Shown: one piece after another, positions 1-9,362 of the stretch
Position numbering within the stretch: the stretch's first letter is position 1
Layout of the letters: each line of letters opens with the position of its first letter
IMG/VR virus record: IMGVR_UViG_3300034104_004859
Direction: 5' to 3' (one strand)
Length of the DNA stretch: 64,000 bases
Source of the DNA: an uncultured virus (IMG/VR IMGVR_UViG_3300034104_004859)
Taxonomy: Duplodnaviria > Heunggongvirae > Uroviricota > Caudoviricetes
The notes under the pieces: generated by a model
Database searches by the model: none
What the model was told of the DNA's origin: nothing
What the model saw: the letters and a program-made list of their open reading frames with translations, nothing else
Translations under genes and position numbers: made by a program

Positions 1-270
1 GATGATGAATGGCATCATTCTCGGACATCTTATGTGAAGTACGGAACGAATGACCCAAAGATAATTCAGACAATGGTTACAAGCCCATTCTGGATTAAAA
101 GAGAACCCCGTAAGCACCGATATGTGTATATTCTAACCAAAGATAAGAAGGAACGCAAAGCCCTCTTAAAATCGCTTAAACATGAGGTGTTCCCATATCC
201 AAAGGTAGAGTTGGATATTATTGATGAGGTTCATAAAATGGACCCGATAGATTTGGTAGTTTCAGAATAA
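1..270 (+). CDS. Mom-like DNA-modifying acetyltransferase, C-terminal part (5'-truncated by the window edge)
   Basis: Frame 1 is open from base 1: DDEWHHSRTSYVKYG...FWIKREPRKHRYVYIL.KDKKE...LKHEVFPYPK, aligning with the C-terminus of 529..1329 (WIHSRT...FWRREEPPKHRYVQIL.QDKKE...LKHEIRPYPK). Confidence 0.75.
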   Translation, partial: DDEWHHSRTSYVKYGTNDPKIIQTMVTSPFWIKREPRKHRYVYILTKDKKERKALLKSLKHEVFPYPKVELDIIDEVHKMDPIDLVVSE

Positions 271-283
271 TTTCGTATATTTG
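252..283 (+). promoter_or_regulatory. Bacteroidota-type -33/-7 promoter
   Basis: TTTGG (252-256), 20-nt spacer after TTTG, TATATTTG (276-283); ATG at 291. Confidence 0.75.
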
Positions 284-290
284 TAATGTT

Positions 291-545
291 ATGGCAAGAG
301 TAGAACCAAACGCTAAGGATAAACCACGTAAATTTGAACACATCTATAAGGATGATGATGGATGTGAATCAATTTGGAAATACGATTTGGATAAATTCCC
401 AAATGGACCCATATCAGTAGAAAACAAATATCCTGCTGGTTATGTGAAAGATTTGAAACAAAGACAGAAATTGGCAAAGGCTGAACGAAGTTTATCTATT
501 TTAGAAAAAGCAAAACAAGCAAAAAAGAATGAAGGTAGAAGGTAA
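291..545 (+). CDS. Hypothetical protein
   Basis: 84-aa ORF directly after a promoter, overlapping the next start. Confidence 0.7.
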   Translation: MARVEPNAKDKPRKFEHIYKDDDGCESIWKYDLDKFPNGPISVENKYPAGYVKDLKQRQKLAKAERSLSILEKAKQAKKNEGRR

Positions 546-1329
546 AAATTATTGTGATACATCTAAAGTATATGTAGCACCAATAGCAAAGAGTATCGCT
601 AAAGATATTATTGTTAAGAAGCACTATACTCACGCTTGGACAGCTTGTAGATACGCAATTGGAATATATTACAAATCAGAAGATGCTAATACCTTTGATG
701 GTGATAAACTTATAGGTTGTTTAATCTATGGTTTTCCTGTTGGAGCAAAAGCATCAACTTCTATTTGTGAAGGATTAACCAAAGATAACATTTTAGAATT
801 GACCCGTTTATATTGTGATGATGGTTATGGTTCTAATATTGAATCATTTGCATTGGGACAATCTTTCAAATGGTTAAAGGAACATGATAAAGCAATTAAA
901 GTATTACTATCATACGCCGATAACGGACAAGCTCACTTAGGAGGAATATACCAAGCAACCAATTGGATTTATCAGGGATTATCTACGGATATTGCATTGA
1001 TGCCAAATTGGGGTATATCATTACACAAAGACCCGTATCAATGGATTCATAGTAGAACTGTATTTTCAATGTGGGGTAGTGGTAACTTAGCACACTTACA
1101 AATGGAAATCGGTAAGCAAGGATATAAAGAGTTTTGGAGAAGGGAAGAACCACCAAAGCATAGATATGTTCAGATACTTGCGCAAGATAAAAAAGAAAAA
1201 AAAGATTTGATGAAACGATTGAAGCATGAGATTAGACCTTATCCAAAAGATACGGCTAGTTATAATACGGAAGTAGTTCATCACTTAACAACATACGAAA
1301 CACCAGAAGGAAGTGAAAACTTTTGGTAA
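529..1329 (+). CDS. Mom-family (GNAT-fold) DNA adenine-modification protein
   Basis: Motifs KHY.H, LELTRL, LSYAD..Q.H.G.IYQATNW.Y.G, typical of Mom-like proteins. Confidence 0.75.
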   Translation: MKVEGKNYCDTSKVYVAPIAKSIAKDIIVKKHYTHAWTACRYAIGIYYKSEDANTFDGDKLIGCLIYGFPVGAKASTSICEGLTKDNILELTRLYCDDGYGSNIESFALGQSFKWLKEHDKAIKVLLSYADNGQAHLGGIYQATNWIYQGLSTDIALMPNWGISLHKDPYQWIHSRTVFSMWGSGNLAHLQMEIGKQGYKEFWRREEPPKHRYVQILAQDKKEKKDLMKRLKHEIRPYPKDTASYNTEVVHHLTTYETPEGSENFW

Positions 1330-1344
1330 TAATAAAACAACAAT

Positions 1345-2679
1345 ATGGATATAACTGATTTTTTAGTAGACAAGTACGAAACGGAGCAATACGATTATAA
1401 AGTATTGGTTTATGGTAATTACACATTTAGAGATAATTTAGAAGCAGATTCTTTAGTAGAAGTACTGCGTAGAGTTATTCCTTTTTTGAGTGAAAGAAGA
1501 AAAATACATTTTACAATTCTTATTCCTGAATTTGTGAAATCATTAAACTTTCCAAATGTAGAACAAAGAATTTATACACTACCAACATACATCAATCAGA
1601 TGCGTACTCACTTTGATTCAATTCAATTTATGAAGTACATTGATTGGAAACGTAATGACTGGGATATCATTTATACTCACTTACCAGAACACACAAATCA
1701 AATAGCAAATTGTGTTTTTAATAATACAAACATTATGCCAAAGATTGTAGGTTACTCACATTGGTTTGAAGTTCCTGAAAATGCACCATACGCTAAAAAT
1801 ATGTTAGATAGTAGTGTAGCTGGATTATTGCAAATGGATGAGTGTGGTGTAAATAGTGAGTGGTTAAAAAGATTAACAATCAAACATGCAGCTAAACATT
1901 ATAATCAGGATGTTTTAGATAAATTAGAAAAGATTATTCAACCACATTATTTAGGTGTAGATAGAGTTAATCCACGTAACGTATCCGATTATACTGATAA
2001 GACTGTAGTATTTAATCATCGTGACGCTGGATATACGGGATGGGAATGGTTTGTTAAATGTGTTGATGAAATTTGGGAGACAAGACAAGATTTCAAAGTA
2101 TATACAACGTTAGCACAAATAGATAGGCCTTGGAATGAAAGAGTTAAATTGACAGGTAGAAATGAATATATGGATTTCTTATCTAAAATGAAATTTGGTG
2201 TAGGTACATTTCAAACATATTCAGCTTGGAGTATTTCAACTACCGATGGTTTCTCTGTTGGATGTCCTTATTTACTTCCAAATGATTTATGTTATCCTGA
2301 AATGGTTAGTGTAGCATCAACTCCATATCCTTATCTTTATGATGGTAGAGCAGATTTCATTAAGAGATTTAATGAGATGTTAGATAATCCAATTGAATAC
2401 GATACAACTGAAATAGCTAAGAATATGGTTTGGAACGAAAGAATAGCTAAATGGTTTAATGGATGGGATAGTGTATTTGAATTAAAGACAATGCAGGAAA
2501 CTGAATCTCTATTAAAGATTAAGGATTTTATTAAAGATAAAAAAGTTACCAATAAATTCGATATACTTGAGTATATGGGATGGGGTGTTAGAGTTAAGTG
2601 GTCTGGTTATAGGAACGCTTTAAGGGAAATGCCTGACATAAAATTCACTAAAAATGGATATGAGTGGATTGGTAACTAA
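1345..2679 (+). CDS. GT-B glycosyltransferase, possibly nucleic-acid modifying
   Basis: VVFNHR and WSISTTDGFSVGCPYLLPNDLCYPEM donor-binding region; lies among DNA modification and replication genes. Confidence 0.7.
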   Translation: MDITDFLVDKYETEQYDYKVLVYGNYTFRDNLEADSLVEVLRRVIPFLSERRKIHFTILIPEFVKSLNFPNVEQRIYTLPTYINQMRTHFDSIQFMKYIDWKRNDWDIIYTHLPEHTNQIANCVFNNTNIMPKIVGYSHWFEVPENAPYAKNMLDSSVAGLLQMDECGVNSEWLKRLTIKHAAKHYNQDVLDKLEKIIQPHYLGVDRVNPRNVSDYTDKTVVFNHRDAGYTGWEWFVKCVDEIWETRQDFKVYTTLAQIDRPWNERVKLTGRNEYMDFLSKMKFGVGTFQTYSAWSISTTDGFSVGCPYLLPNDLCYPEMVSVASTPYPYLYDGRADFIKRFNEMLDNPIEYDTTEIAKNMVWNERIAKWFNGWDSVFELKTMQETESLLKIKDFIKDKKVTNKFDILEYMGWGVRVKWSGYRNALREMPDIKFTKNGYEWIGN

Positions 2680-2697
2680 TTGATAATCAATGAGTTA
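2673..2697. promoter_or_regulatory. 25-bp palindrome, putative operator, copy 1
   Basis: TAACTAATTGAT-A-ATCAATGAGTTA, 12-1-12 inverted repeat with 1 mismatch. Confidence 0.6.
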
Positions 2698-2698
2698 T

Positions 2699-2737
2699 AA
2701 AATACCCGATAATTGTTTGGCAGTTTCGGGTATTTTT
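2699..2737 (+). terminator. Stem-loop/terminator overlapping the next promoter
   Basis: AAAATACCCGA (2699-2709) pairs with TCGGGTATTTT (2726-2736). Confidence 0.55.
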
Positions 2738-2747
2738 CGTATCTTTA
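2716..2747 (+). promoter_or_regulatory. Bacteroidota-type -33/-7 promoter
   Basis: TTTGG (2716-2720), N20, TATCTTTA (2740-2747). Confidence 0.7.
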
Positions 2748-2792
2748 CATAGTAAACAATTACAATATTTAAAACCCTAAAACACACAAATT

Positions 2793-4484
2793 ATGGCTAA
2801 AAAGCAAACTAAAGAATTGATTCAAACAAATTGGTGGGAATATACTAAACTTCCTGAACAACTTTTGTATGAGGAATCTAAAAGAGATGGAATTGATTTT
2901 GTAAAAGGTGCAGTTGTATTAGAAACAACAGAATTTGAAATAGCTTGGTTATATGAGAAAATGCGTGATAACAAAATAACAAGCCTTTCTCCACATTTAC
3001 AAAGAATTTTACTTGAAAGAGTTTGGAAAGCAGGTGAATGGACTAAATCTAAAAGTTATATTCGTGACTTTTGGAAAGGTTTAAGTAAATCAACTCCATT
3101 TTTATTTGTTCCATTGGATTTAATTTTAAATAATTTAGTTGAGGCAAAGGAGAGAGATAAAAAGATTCCTGAAATTATAGAACAATATAATGAAATAGAA
3201 AAAGAATTGATTCTCTTAAAAGAAAATGGATTCCAATTAGTTAATCTTGATGGACAAACAAGAACAAACGTTTCTATTGTTCCATATATAAACGGAGACT
3301 TTACATTAGCATCTACGGATGAAAATGTAATAGATTTGGTTAGTGTCTTAAATGAAAATGGGAACTATGAAGATATTTCAAACAAATTATTTACCGATTT
3401 AGATAGTTTTCAACAAGGTGGATTCTTTTCTACAAAAATTATTTGTAATTTTTTATTACAAGGTACTTTGGATGATATTTCAAATGTACTAATCAGTATC
3501 AACTCAAATGAAAAATGGAAAGAATGGCAAGAATTGTATAATGGTAGATTTTGTAAAGTGTACACAAATAGGATTCATTCTGTTATTGATTTGGAAGATG
3601 ATGGACCGGTTAAAGCTTGGTTTATAAAGTTTTTAAGACAATCAAAGTATAAGCAAGATTATAGTGAGTTTGAATTGTTTGTAGCAGAAATACTTTATTG
3701 GGTTCATAATCATCAGGTTCCAACTATTAACGATTTGCGTAAGGCATTTATACAGCAAGGAGAAACAGTACCATCTAAGAATATATGTAAATTGGTTAAA
3801 CAATATATTTTGGAAATTATGGATAACTATACCGATGATAAGAGTAAGATTGACCCAATTTTTATTCAAGGGTATATTCAATTTAGAGATATTTTGGATA
3901 ACGCACCAAAATCTAAAAACAACTTTTGGTATAGTCATTTCGAAAATACTCCAGTCCATTCTATACTTTCTACTTCACAAATGTTTGTATGGTACGCTAA
4001 GACTGATGCGAAATTGAGAGCACAATGGTTAGTTGATGATGATGGTAACGAAACACTTAATTCATTGTCTTGGTTTCTACCAACACCTGATTCTGAACCT
4101 GAACATTTAGACCACGGATATTATGGTCATTGTTCTGGTGGTTTTAATAGTACTTCTATTAGAGGTAGAATGAAAATGCTAGTTGCTGAATTTGTAAAAG
4201 ATTTCAAATCTTTAAAACATAATCATATAGTGTCAACCATTACCACAATGCCTAAAAAGATAGATGTATGGGTTGCTAGTAATTTTAAAACATTGGCTGG
4301 TAAAACAATTGACCCTACTAAAAAAAATAATTTGGTTAGAGGACATGATACATCCCGTGCTAATGGAGGTACTGATGATGTGAGAAATATTAAACCACAA
4401 ACAGCAAAAGGAAATGCTAGTTATAGTAAAAGAAATCTTATTAAATCAGCACCTAAAAAGGTAGCTAATAAAAGAAAAAAATAA
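2793..4484 (+). CDS. GmrSD-like protein (DUF262/ParB-like N-terminal domain + C-terminal HNH)
   Basis: LQR...VW and LDGQTR motifs (cf. DUF262 QR..VW / DGQQR); C-terminal GHDTSRANGGTDDVRNI...GN..Y HNH-like motif. Confidence 0.6.
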   Translation: MAKKQTKELIQTNWWEYTKLPEQLLYEESKRDGIDFVKGAVVLETTEFEIAWLYEKMRDNKITSLSPHLQRILLERVWKAGEWTKSKSYIRDFWKGLSKSTPFLFVPLDLILNNLVEAKERDKKIPEIIEQYNEIEKELILLKENGFQLVNLDGQTRTNVSIVPYINGDFTLASTDENVIDLVSVLNENGNYEDISNKLFTDLDSFQQGGFFSTKIICNFLLQGTLDDISNVLISINSNEKWKEWQELYNGRFCKVYTNRIHSVIDLEDDGPVKAWFIKFLRQSKYKQDYSEFELFVAEILYWVHNHQVPTINDLRKAFIQQGETVPSKNICKLVKQYILEIMDNYTDDKSKIDPIFIQGYIQFRDILDNAPKSKNNFWYSHFENTPVHSILSTSQMFVWYAKTDAKLRAQWLVDDDGNETLNSLSWFLPTPDSEPEHLDHGYYGHCSGGFNSTSIRGRMKMLVAEFVKDFKSLKHNHIVSTITTMPKKIDVWVASNFKTLAGKTIDPTKKNNLVRGHDTSRANGGTDDVRNIKPQTAKGNASYSKRNLIKSAPKKVANKRKK

Positions 4485-4497
4485 TATTTATAAATAA

Positions 4498-7020
4498 ATG
4501 TATCAAAACGTATATTACCAAAGAGAGAGAAATTTAGTACACTTGTGGGATGACAAATTAGGTTATCGTTCATTTCCATATACAAGGTACGCATATGAAA
4601 AAGCAGAGAGAGGAGAATATACTTCTTTATATGGTGACCGATTAAGTAAGATTTTTAAATTCAGTAAAGATGACCCGAATTTATTTGAATCTGATGTACC
4701 CGAAACAACACGTATTTTAGTTGATACATATACCGATTCTGATATTCCATCGGAAGGACACGTTATCTTAACATACGATATTGAGTGTGAAATGGATACG
4801 GGGTTGCCTGATGTTGAGAAAGCAGAGAACGAACTTACAGCGATAGGTTTGCATGATTCAGCTACTGACCATTATTGGGTTCTTATTATGGACAAAGATG
4901 GTAAGATGAAGGAAAGTAAGAATGGTAATCGTAGTGTTATTCCTTTTAGAGATGAGAGGGATATGTGTATGAAATATCTTTCACTATACGAATATATTAA
5001 TCCATCTATTGTAACTGGCTGGAACATAGACTACTTCGATACTCCATACCTTTATAATCGTATGAAAAGAATATTGGGTGTAAAGCACGCTAATAGGTTA
5101 TCACCTATTGGGGAATGTTTCTGGTCTCCATATCGTAAGAGATTCTTTATGGCTGGTGTATCTTATTTAGATTACATTGGTTTATATAAATCATACACTT
5201 ATGTTGAGATGGATAACTATCGTTTGGATACGGTAGCTATGAAAGAATTAGGTAGAGGTAAGGTAGAATATTCAGGCAATTTAGATGAGTTATTTAAAAC
5301 CGATATTGAAAAGTTTATTGAGTATAACTTGGTGGATGTACAATTGGTAGTTGATATGGAACGTAAATTACAATTTGTAGATTTATGTAGAGGTATCTGT
5401 CACGCTGGACACGTACCTTATGAAGATTTCGTTTATTCATCAAAGTTCTTAGAAGGTGCAATGTTATGTTACCTTAAAAGAAAGAACATTGTAGCTCCTA
5501 ACAAACCTGCGGATAGACAAGAGATGATGCAAGCATTGAGAGATAATGAGCAAGAGAAATTTATTGGAGCTTATGTGAAGGCACCTATCGTTGGTAAGTA
5601 TGATTGGATATATGACTTGGATTTAACTTCACTATATCCATCAATCATTATGACAACTAACATTTCACCAGAAACTAAAGTAGCAAAGATTAGTAATTGG
5701 GATGCACAAAAGTTTATGAAAGGTGAGATTGATACTTTCTTTATTGGTGAAAAAACAATTACAAAAGAAAACTTAAGAAAGCTATTAGATGAAAGTAAGT
5801 ATACGGTATCATCTAATGGTGTATTATATACTACTGATAAAGTAGGTTGTATTCCAGCTATCTTAGATTTATGGTTTGACCAAAGGGTTGAATTCCGTAA
5901 GTTAGAGAAAAGATATGGTGAGGAAGGCGATAAAGAAAAATATGCATTCTATAAGAAAAGACAGTTGGTACAAAAAATCTTATTGAATTCTTTATATGGA
6001 GTATTAGGATTACCTGCATTCCGTTTCTATGATGTGGATAACGCTGAGGCGGTAACACTAACAGGTCAGACGGTAATTAAATCAACTGCGGAGATGGCTA
6101 ACATTAAATACAATAAAGAGTTAGGTACAACTGGAAATGATTACAACATTTACATTGATACGGATTCGGTATTCTTTTCAGCAGTTCCCCTATTAGACCA
6201 TAGGCATAAGAATTGGAAAGAAATGCCGGATAGTGAAGTTGCTTTATTAGTGGATGGTATTGCTGGTGAAACGCAAGATTTCTTAAATAACTTTTATAAT
6301 ATTCTTGCTGAAAAAATATTCAATGTACCAAAAGATAAACATAGATTCCAAATCAAAAAAGAATTCGTAAGTAGAAGTGGTATTTGGATTGCTAAGAAAC
6401 GATACGCTCAATGGATTATTGCGGAGAATGGTATTCCAACCGATAGATTAGATGTAAAAGGATTGGACGTAGTTCGTTCATCATACCCCGCACAATTCCG
6501 TAACTTTATGAGTGGCGTATTAATTGATATTCTTAAAGGTGAAACTGAAATGGTATTAACTGATAAGATATATGATTTCAAAAAGGATTTGGTTAATATG
6601 GATGTAACTTCTATCGCTAAGAATTCAGCAGTAAAAGAATTATCCAAATATATTCCAAAGAAAAAAGATAATAGAGCAATGTTCCAATTTAATAGTGGAA
6701 CTCCGGCACACGTTAAAGCAGCAATTGCACATAACCAATTATTAGTTTACTTTAAATGCCCTGCTAAGCACGCTCCAATGAGAGATGGTGATAAGATTAA
6801 ATGGGTATATCTAAAACAAAATCCATATGGATTAGATGCCGTTGGGTTCAAAGGACACGATGACCCTGATGAAATAATGGATTTGGTGAGGACGTATATC
6901 GATTATGATAAAATCTTCGAAAGGGAATTATTAAAGAAACTGGAGGACTTCTATGGGGCTTTAGGATGGGGCGCAGTACTTTCCTCACAAAAGACAGCAG
7001 AACAATTCTTTTCTTTCTAA
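4498..7020 (+). CDS. polB: Family B DNA polymerase (gp43-like)
   Basis: Exo motifs YDIE, GWNIDYFD, YNLVD; polymerase motifs DLTSLYPSII, KILLNSLYG, YIDTDS, KKRYA; C-terminal EQFFSF clamp-binding-like tail. Confidence 0.97.
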   Translation: MYQNVYYQRERNLVHLWDDKLGYRSFPYTRYAYEKAERGEYTSLYGDRLSKIFKFSKDDPNLFESDVPETTRILVDTYTDSDIPSEGHVILTYDIECEMDTGLPDVEKAENELTAIGLHDSATDHYWVLIMDKDGKMKESKNGNRSVIPFRDERDMCMKYLSLYEYINPSIVTGWNIDYFDTPYLYNRMKRILGVKHANRLSPIGECFWSPYRKRFFMAGVSYLDYIGLYKSYTYVEMDNYRLDTVAMKELGRGKVEYSGNLDELFKTDIEKFIEYNLVDVQLVVDMERKLQFVDLCRGICHAGHVPYEDFVYSSKFLEGAMLCYLKRKNIVAPNKPADRQEMMQALRDNEQEKFIGAYVKAPIVGKYDWIYDLDLTSLYPSIIMTTNISPETKVAKISNWDAQKFMKGEIDTFFIGEKTITKENLRKLLDESKYTVSSNGVLYTTDKVGCIPAILDLWFDQRVEFRKLEKRYGEEGDKEKYAFYKKRQLVQKILLNSLYGVLGLPAFRFYDVDNAEAVTLTGQTVIKSTAEMANIKYNKELGTTGNDYNIYIDTDSVFFSAVPLLDHRHKNWKEMPDSEVALLVDGIAGETQDFLNNFYNILAEKIFNVPKDKHRFQIKKEFVSRSGIWIAKKRYAQWIIAENGIPTDRLDVKGLDVVRSSYPAQFRNFMSGVLIDILKGETEMVLTDKIYDFKKDLVNMDVTSIAKNSAVKELSKYIPKKKDNRAMFQFNSGTPAHVKAAIAHNQLLVYFKCPAKHAPMRDGDKIKWVYLKQNPYGLDAVGFKGHDDPDEIMDLVRTYIDYDKIFERELLKKLEDFYGALGWGAVLSSQKTAEQFFSF

Positions 7021-7024
7021 AATA

Positions 7025-7056
7025 TTTGGTAGTTTCAGATATTTTTCGTATATTTG
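7025..7056 (+). promoter_or_regulatory. Bacteroidota-type -33/-7 promoter
   Basis: TTTGG (7025-7029), N20, TATATTTG (7049-7056). Confidence 0.75.
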
Positions 7057-7091
7057 TATAACAAATTAAAACATAAATTAAAATTTCAATT

Positions 7092-7787
7092 ATGAACAAA
7101 GGCAAATTTGATGGTTTCGTAAATCGTTACAACTTAGGTGGTGAGATTGAATCCGTTATGGTAAAATCCGATGACAAGAACTTATCGGTAAGAATGATTT
7201 CAGATGACAAAACCTTATTAGGTGATGTTACAGTAGTGGGTGGTGAATTTCCAAATGGTGAATTTGGTATTTACACTACATCACAATTAAAAAGCTTATT
7301 GAGTGTATTAGATGATGCTATCACTGTAGAAGAAGTGACCGGTGCATTGAAATTCTCAGATAAGAAAACAAAGGTACAATATATGTTAGCAGCACCATCG
7401 GTGATTCCTGCAGTACCTGATTTAAAAGCATTACCTCCATTTGATACGGAAGTTGCTTTGGATGATGAGTTTGTAAATAAGTTCATCAAATCAAAAGGAG
7501 CATTAGCTGACGCTGATACTTTCACATTTACTATCAAAGGTGGTAAGGCTGAAATTATCTTAGGTTACTCATCAATTAACTCAAATAGAATTTCTATTGG
7601 TGTTGATGCAACCGCTAAAGAAGATATTGAACCAATTGCTTTCTCAGCAAAATATTTGAAAGCTATCTTAATGGCTAACAAAGGTTCTAAAACATCTTCA
7701 TTGAAAATCTCATCTAAGGGATTATCACATGTATCATTTACTGATGGAGATTACACTTCAAACTATTACTTAGTAGAAATTAAATAA
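7092..7787 (+). CDS. Sliding clamp (gp45/PCNA-like)
   Basis: 231 aa, EFGIY..SQL..LL, FSAKYLK and LKISSKGLSHVSF...YYL pattern; follows the polymerase. Confidence 0.8.
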   Translation: MNKGKFDGFVNRYNLGGEIESVMVKSDDKNLSVRMISDDKTLLGDVTVVGGEFPNGEFGIYTTSQLKSLLSVLDDAITVEEVTGALKFSDKKTKVQYMLAAPSVIPAVPDLKALPPFDTEVALDDEFVNKFIKSKGALADADTFTFTIKGGKAEIILGYSSINSNRISIGVDATAKEDIEPIAFSAKYLKAILMANKGSKTSSLKISSKGLSHVSFTDGDYTSNYYLVEIK

Positions 7788-7792
7788 TTAAT

Positions 7793-9004
7793 ATGAGCTT
7801 TTGGGATACTGAACCACAAAAACCTATCTTTGACTTTGAATCTGAAAAGAAAAAGTTAATAGAAAATATGGACTATCTGATGACAATGTCTGTGCAAGAA
7901 CAAACACTATACAAAAAGTGGGTGGAGTTGCAAGAACCATCAATGATTCAGGCCAAAGCCCAAATAGCATCTTATTATGATACCCAATGGAAACCAACTG
8001 ATATCAACAATAAGGAGCTAACGATAAAAGAAATTGAATTGTTAGACCCTTACGTTGAGATTGTTGATGACCCGAAGGAATCTACTAAATGGGCAGCGGT
8101 AAGACGTATGATTCACACAATGGATTTTACAGCAAACCCTGGTCGTAATGTAAAGATTAATGTAAAGGATAGAGTAAGTGGAAAATTATTAGGACAAATT
8201 TCATTAGCATCCGATGTAACCGCTATGGGAGTTAGAGATAACTTCATTGGTTGGACTAAGGATAATAAATTTGTTGATGGTAAATTAAACAACACTACTA
8301 TCGCTTCTACTATCGTATGTACTCAGCCATTAGGTTATAACTTTTTAGGTGGTAAGTTAATCGCTATGATGACAACTGTACCTGAAGTTAGAAACTATTG
8401 GAATGAAAAGTATAAGAACGTATTGATTGCAGTAGGTACAACATCTTTGTATGGTATTCACTCTCAATATAATGGTATTCCACTTTTCAAAACATTGGGT
8501 GAATCGGCTGGTAAGATTAGTTTAAAGCCGGATGATAAATTCTATGACCCTTGGCATCAATGGATTAAGGAAAATAAAAATGATTGGTATTTGGAAAACA
8601 TTACTAGAGAAAGAGCTCGTAATGGTGCTAATATGGGATATGAAGCTAACGGACCTGTTAGTGGTATCAAACAAAAGATATTAGGACAAATCTTTAAAGA
8701 GTGTGGTATTAAGGCAACTGAATATCATCACGGATTTAAGAGAGGTGTTTATATGGCTATGATGTATGAGAACGGATGTGAGTATCTTAGAAACGAAATT
8801 ACCGAAGATAAATTAATCCTTAAAGATAAGTTTAAGCAAGGTACGGAGTACATCAACAAATGGTGGAAGAAACATGCAATCAGTAGATATACAAAACTAC
8901 ATGATGAGGGAAGAATTAAACCCGAACACTTATTCTACATAGATGCTATTGGAATTAGTTGGGAAGAAATGAAAGCTAAATATCTATCAGAAGTAGGAAG
9001 ATAA
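7793..9004 (+). CDS. DUF4338 / Druantia DruA-like protein
   Basis: PGRN, QPLGYNFLGGKLIA, TTSLYG..SQYNG, LGESAG motifs. Confidence 0.65.
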   Translation: MSFWDTEPQKPIFDFESEKKKLIENMDYLMTMSVQEQTLYKKWVELQEPSMIQAKAQIASYYDTQWKPTDINNKELTIKEIELLDPYVEIVDDPKESTKWAAVRRMIHTMDFTANPGRNVKINVKDRVSGKLLGQISLASDVTAMGVRDNFIGWTKDNKFVDGKLNNTTIASTIVCTQPLGYNFLGGKLIAMMTTVPEVRNYWNEKYKNVLIAVGTTSLYGIHSQYNGIPLFKTLGESAGKISLKPDDKFYDPWHQWIKENKNDWYLENITRERARNGANMGYEANGPVSGIKQKILGQIFKECGIKATEYHHGFKRGVYMAMMYENGCEYLRNEITEDKLILKDKFKQGTEYINKWWKKHAISRYTKLHDEGRIKPEHLFYIDAIGISWEEMKAKYLSEVGR

Positions 9005-9014
9005 AAATAAAATT

Positions 9015-9362
9015 ATGGCAAAAAGTAAAAAAACAAAAAAAGTAGAAGAAGTAATTGATAATACTCAATTAGAACCAATTGGACTTACACAAGAAAAATT
9101 AGAAAATTGTGAATGGTGTTTTCAGTTTGATGAAGATGAACCACAAATATTTGCTTGGACTGGTGATGATATGAATAAAGATGAAGAACCTAAAGTAATA
9201 TTTACTGTATCTAATACAAAAAATTCTTATATTACCTTCACTCATAAAAATGGCAAATCATTTAAATTATTTGCTAGAGAATTAAGCGATGCTGGTAGAC
9301 AACTTAGAGAACAACAATTAAAATTAAATTTAGAAAATGAAAGTACGAATAAAGAAGCTTAA
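9015..9362 (+). CDS. Hypothetical protein
   Basis: 115-aa ORF in the operon. Confidence 0.65.
   Translation: MAKSKKTKKVEEVIDNTQLEPIGLTQEKLENCEWCFQFDEDEPQIFAWTGDDMNKDEEPKVIFTVSNTKNSYITFTHKNGKSFKLFARELSDAGRQLREQQLKLNLENESTNKEA

Noticed and set aside
4498..7020. Intein or intron in the DNA polymerase
   Set aside because: 840-aa continuous ORF with normally spaced motifs; no splicing motifs seen
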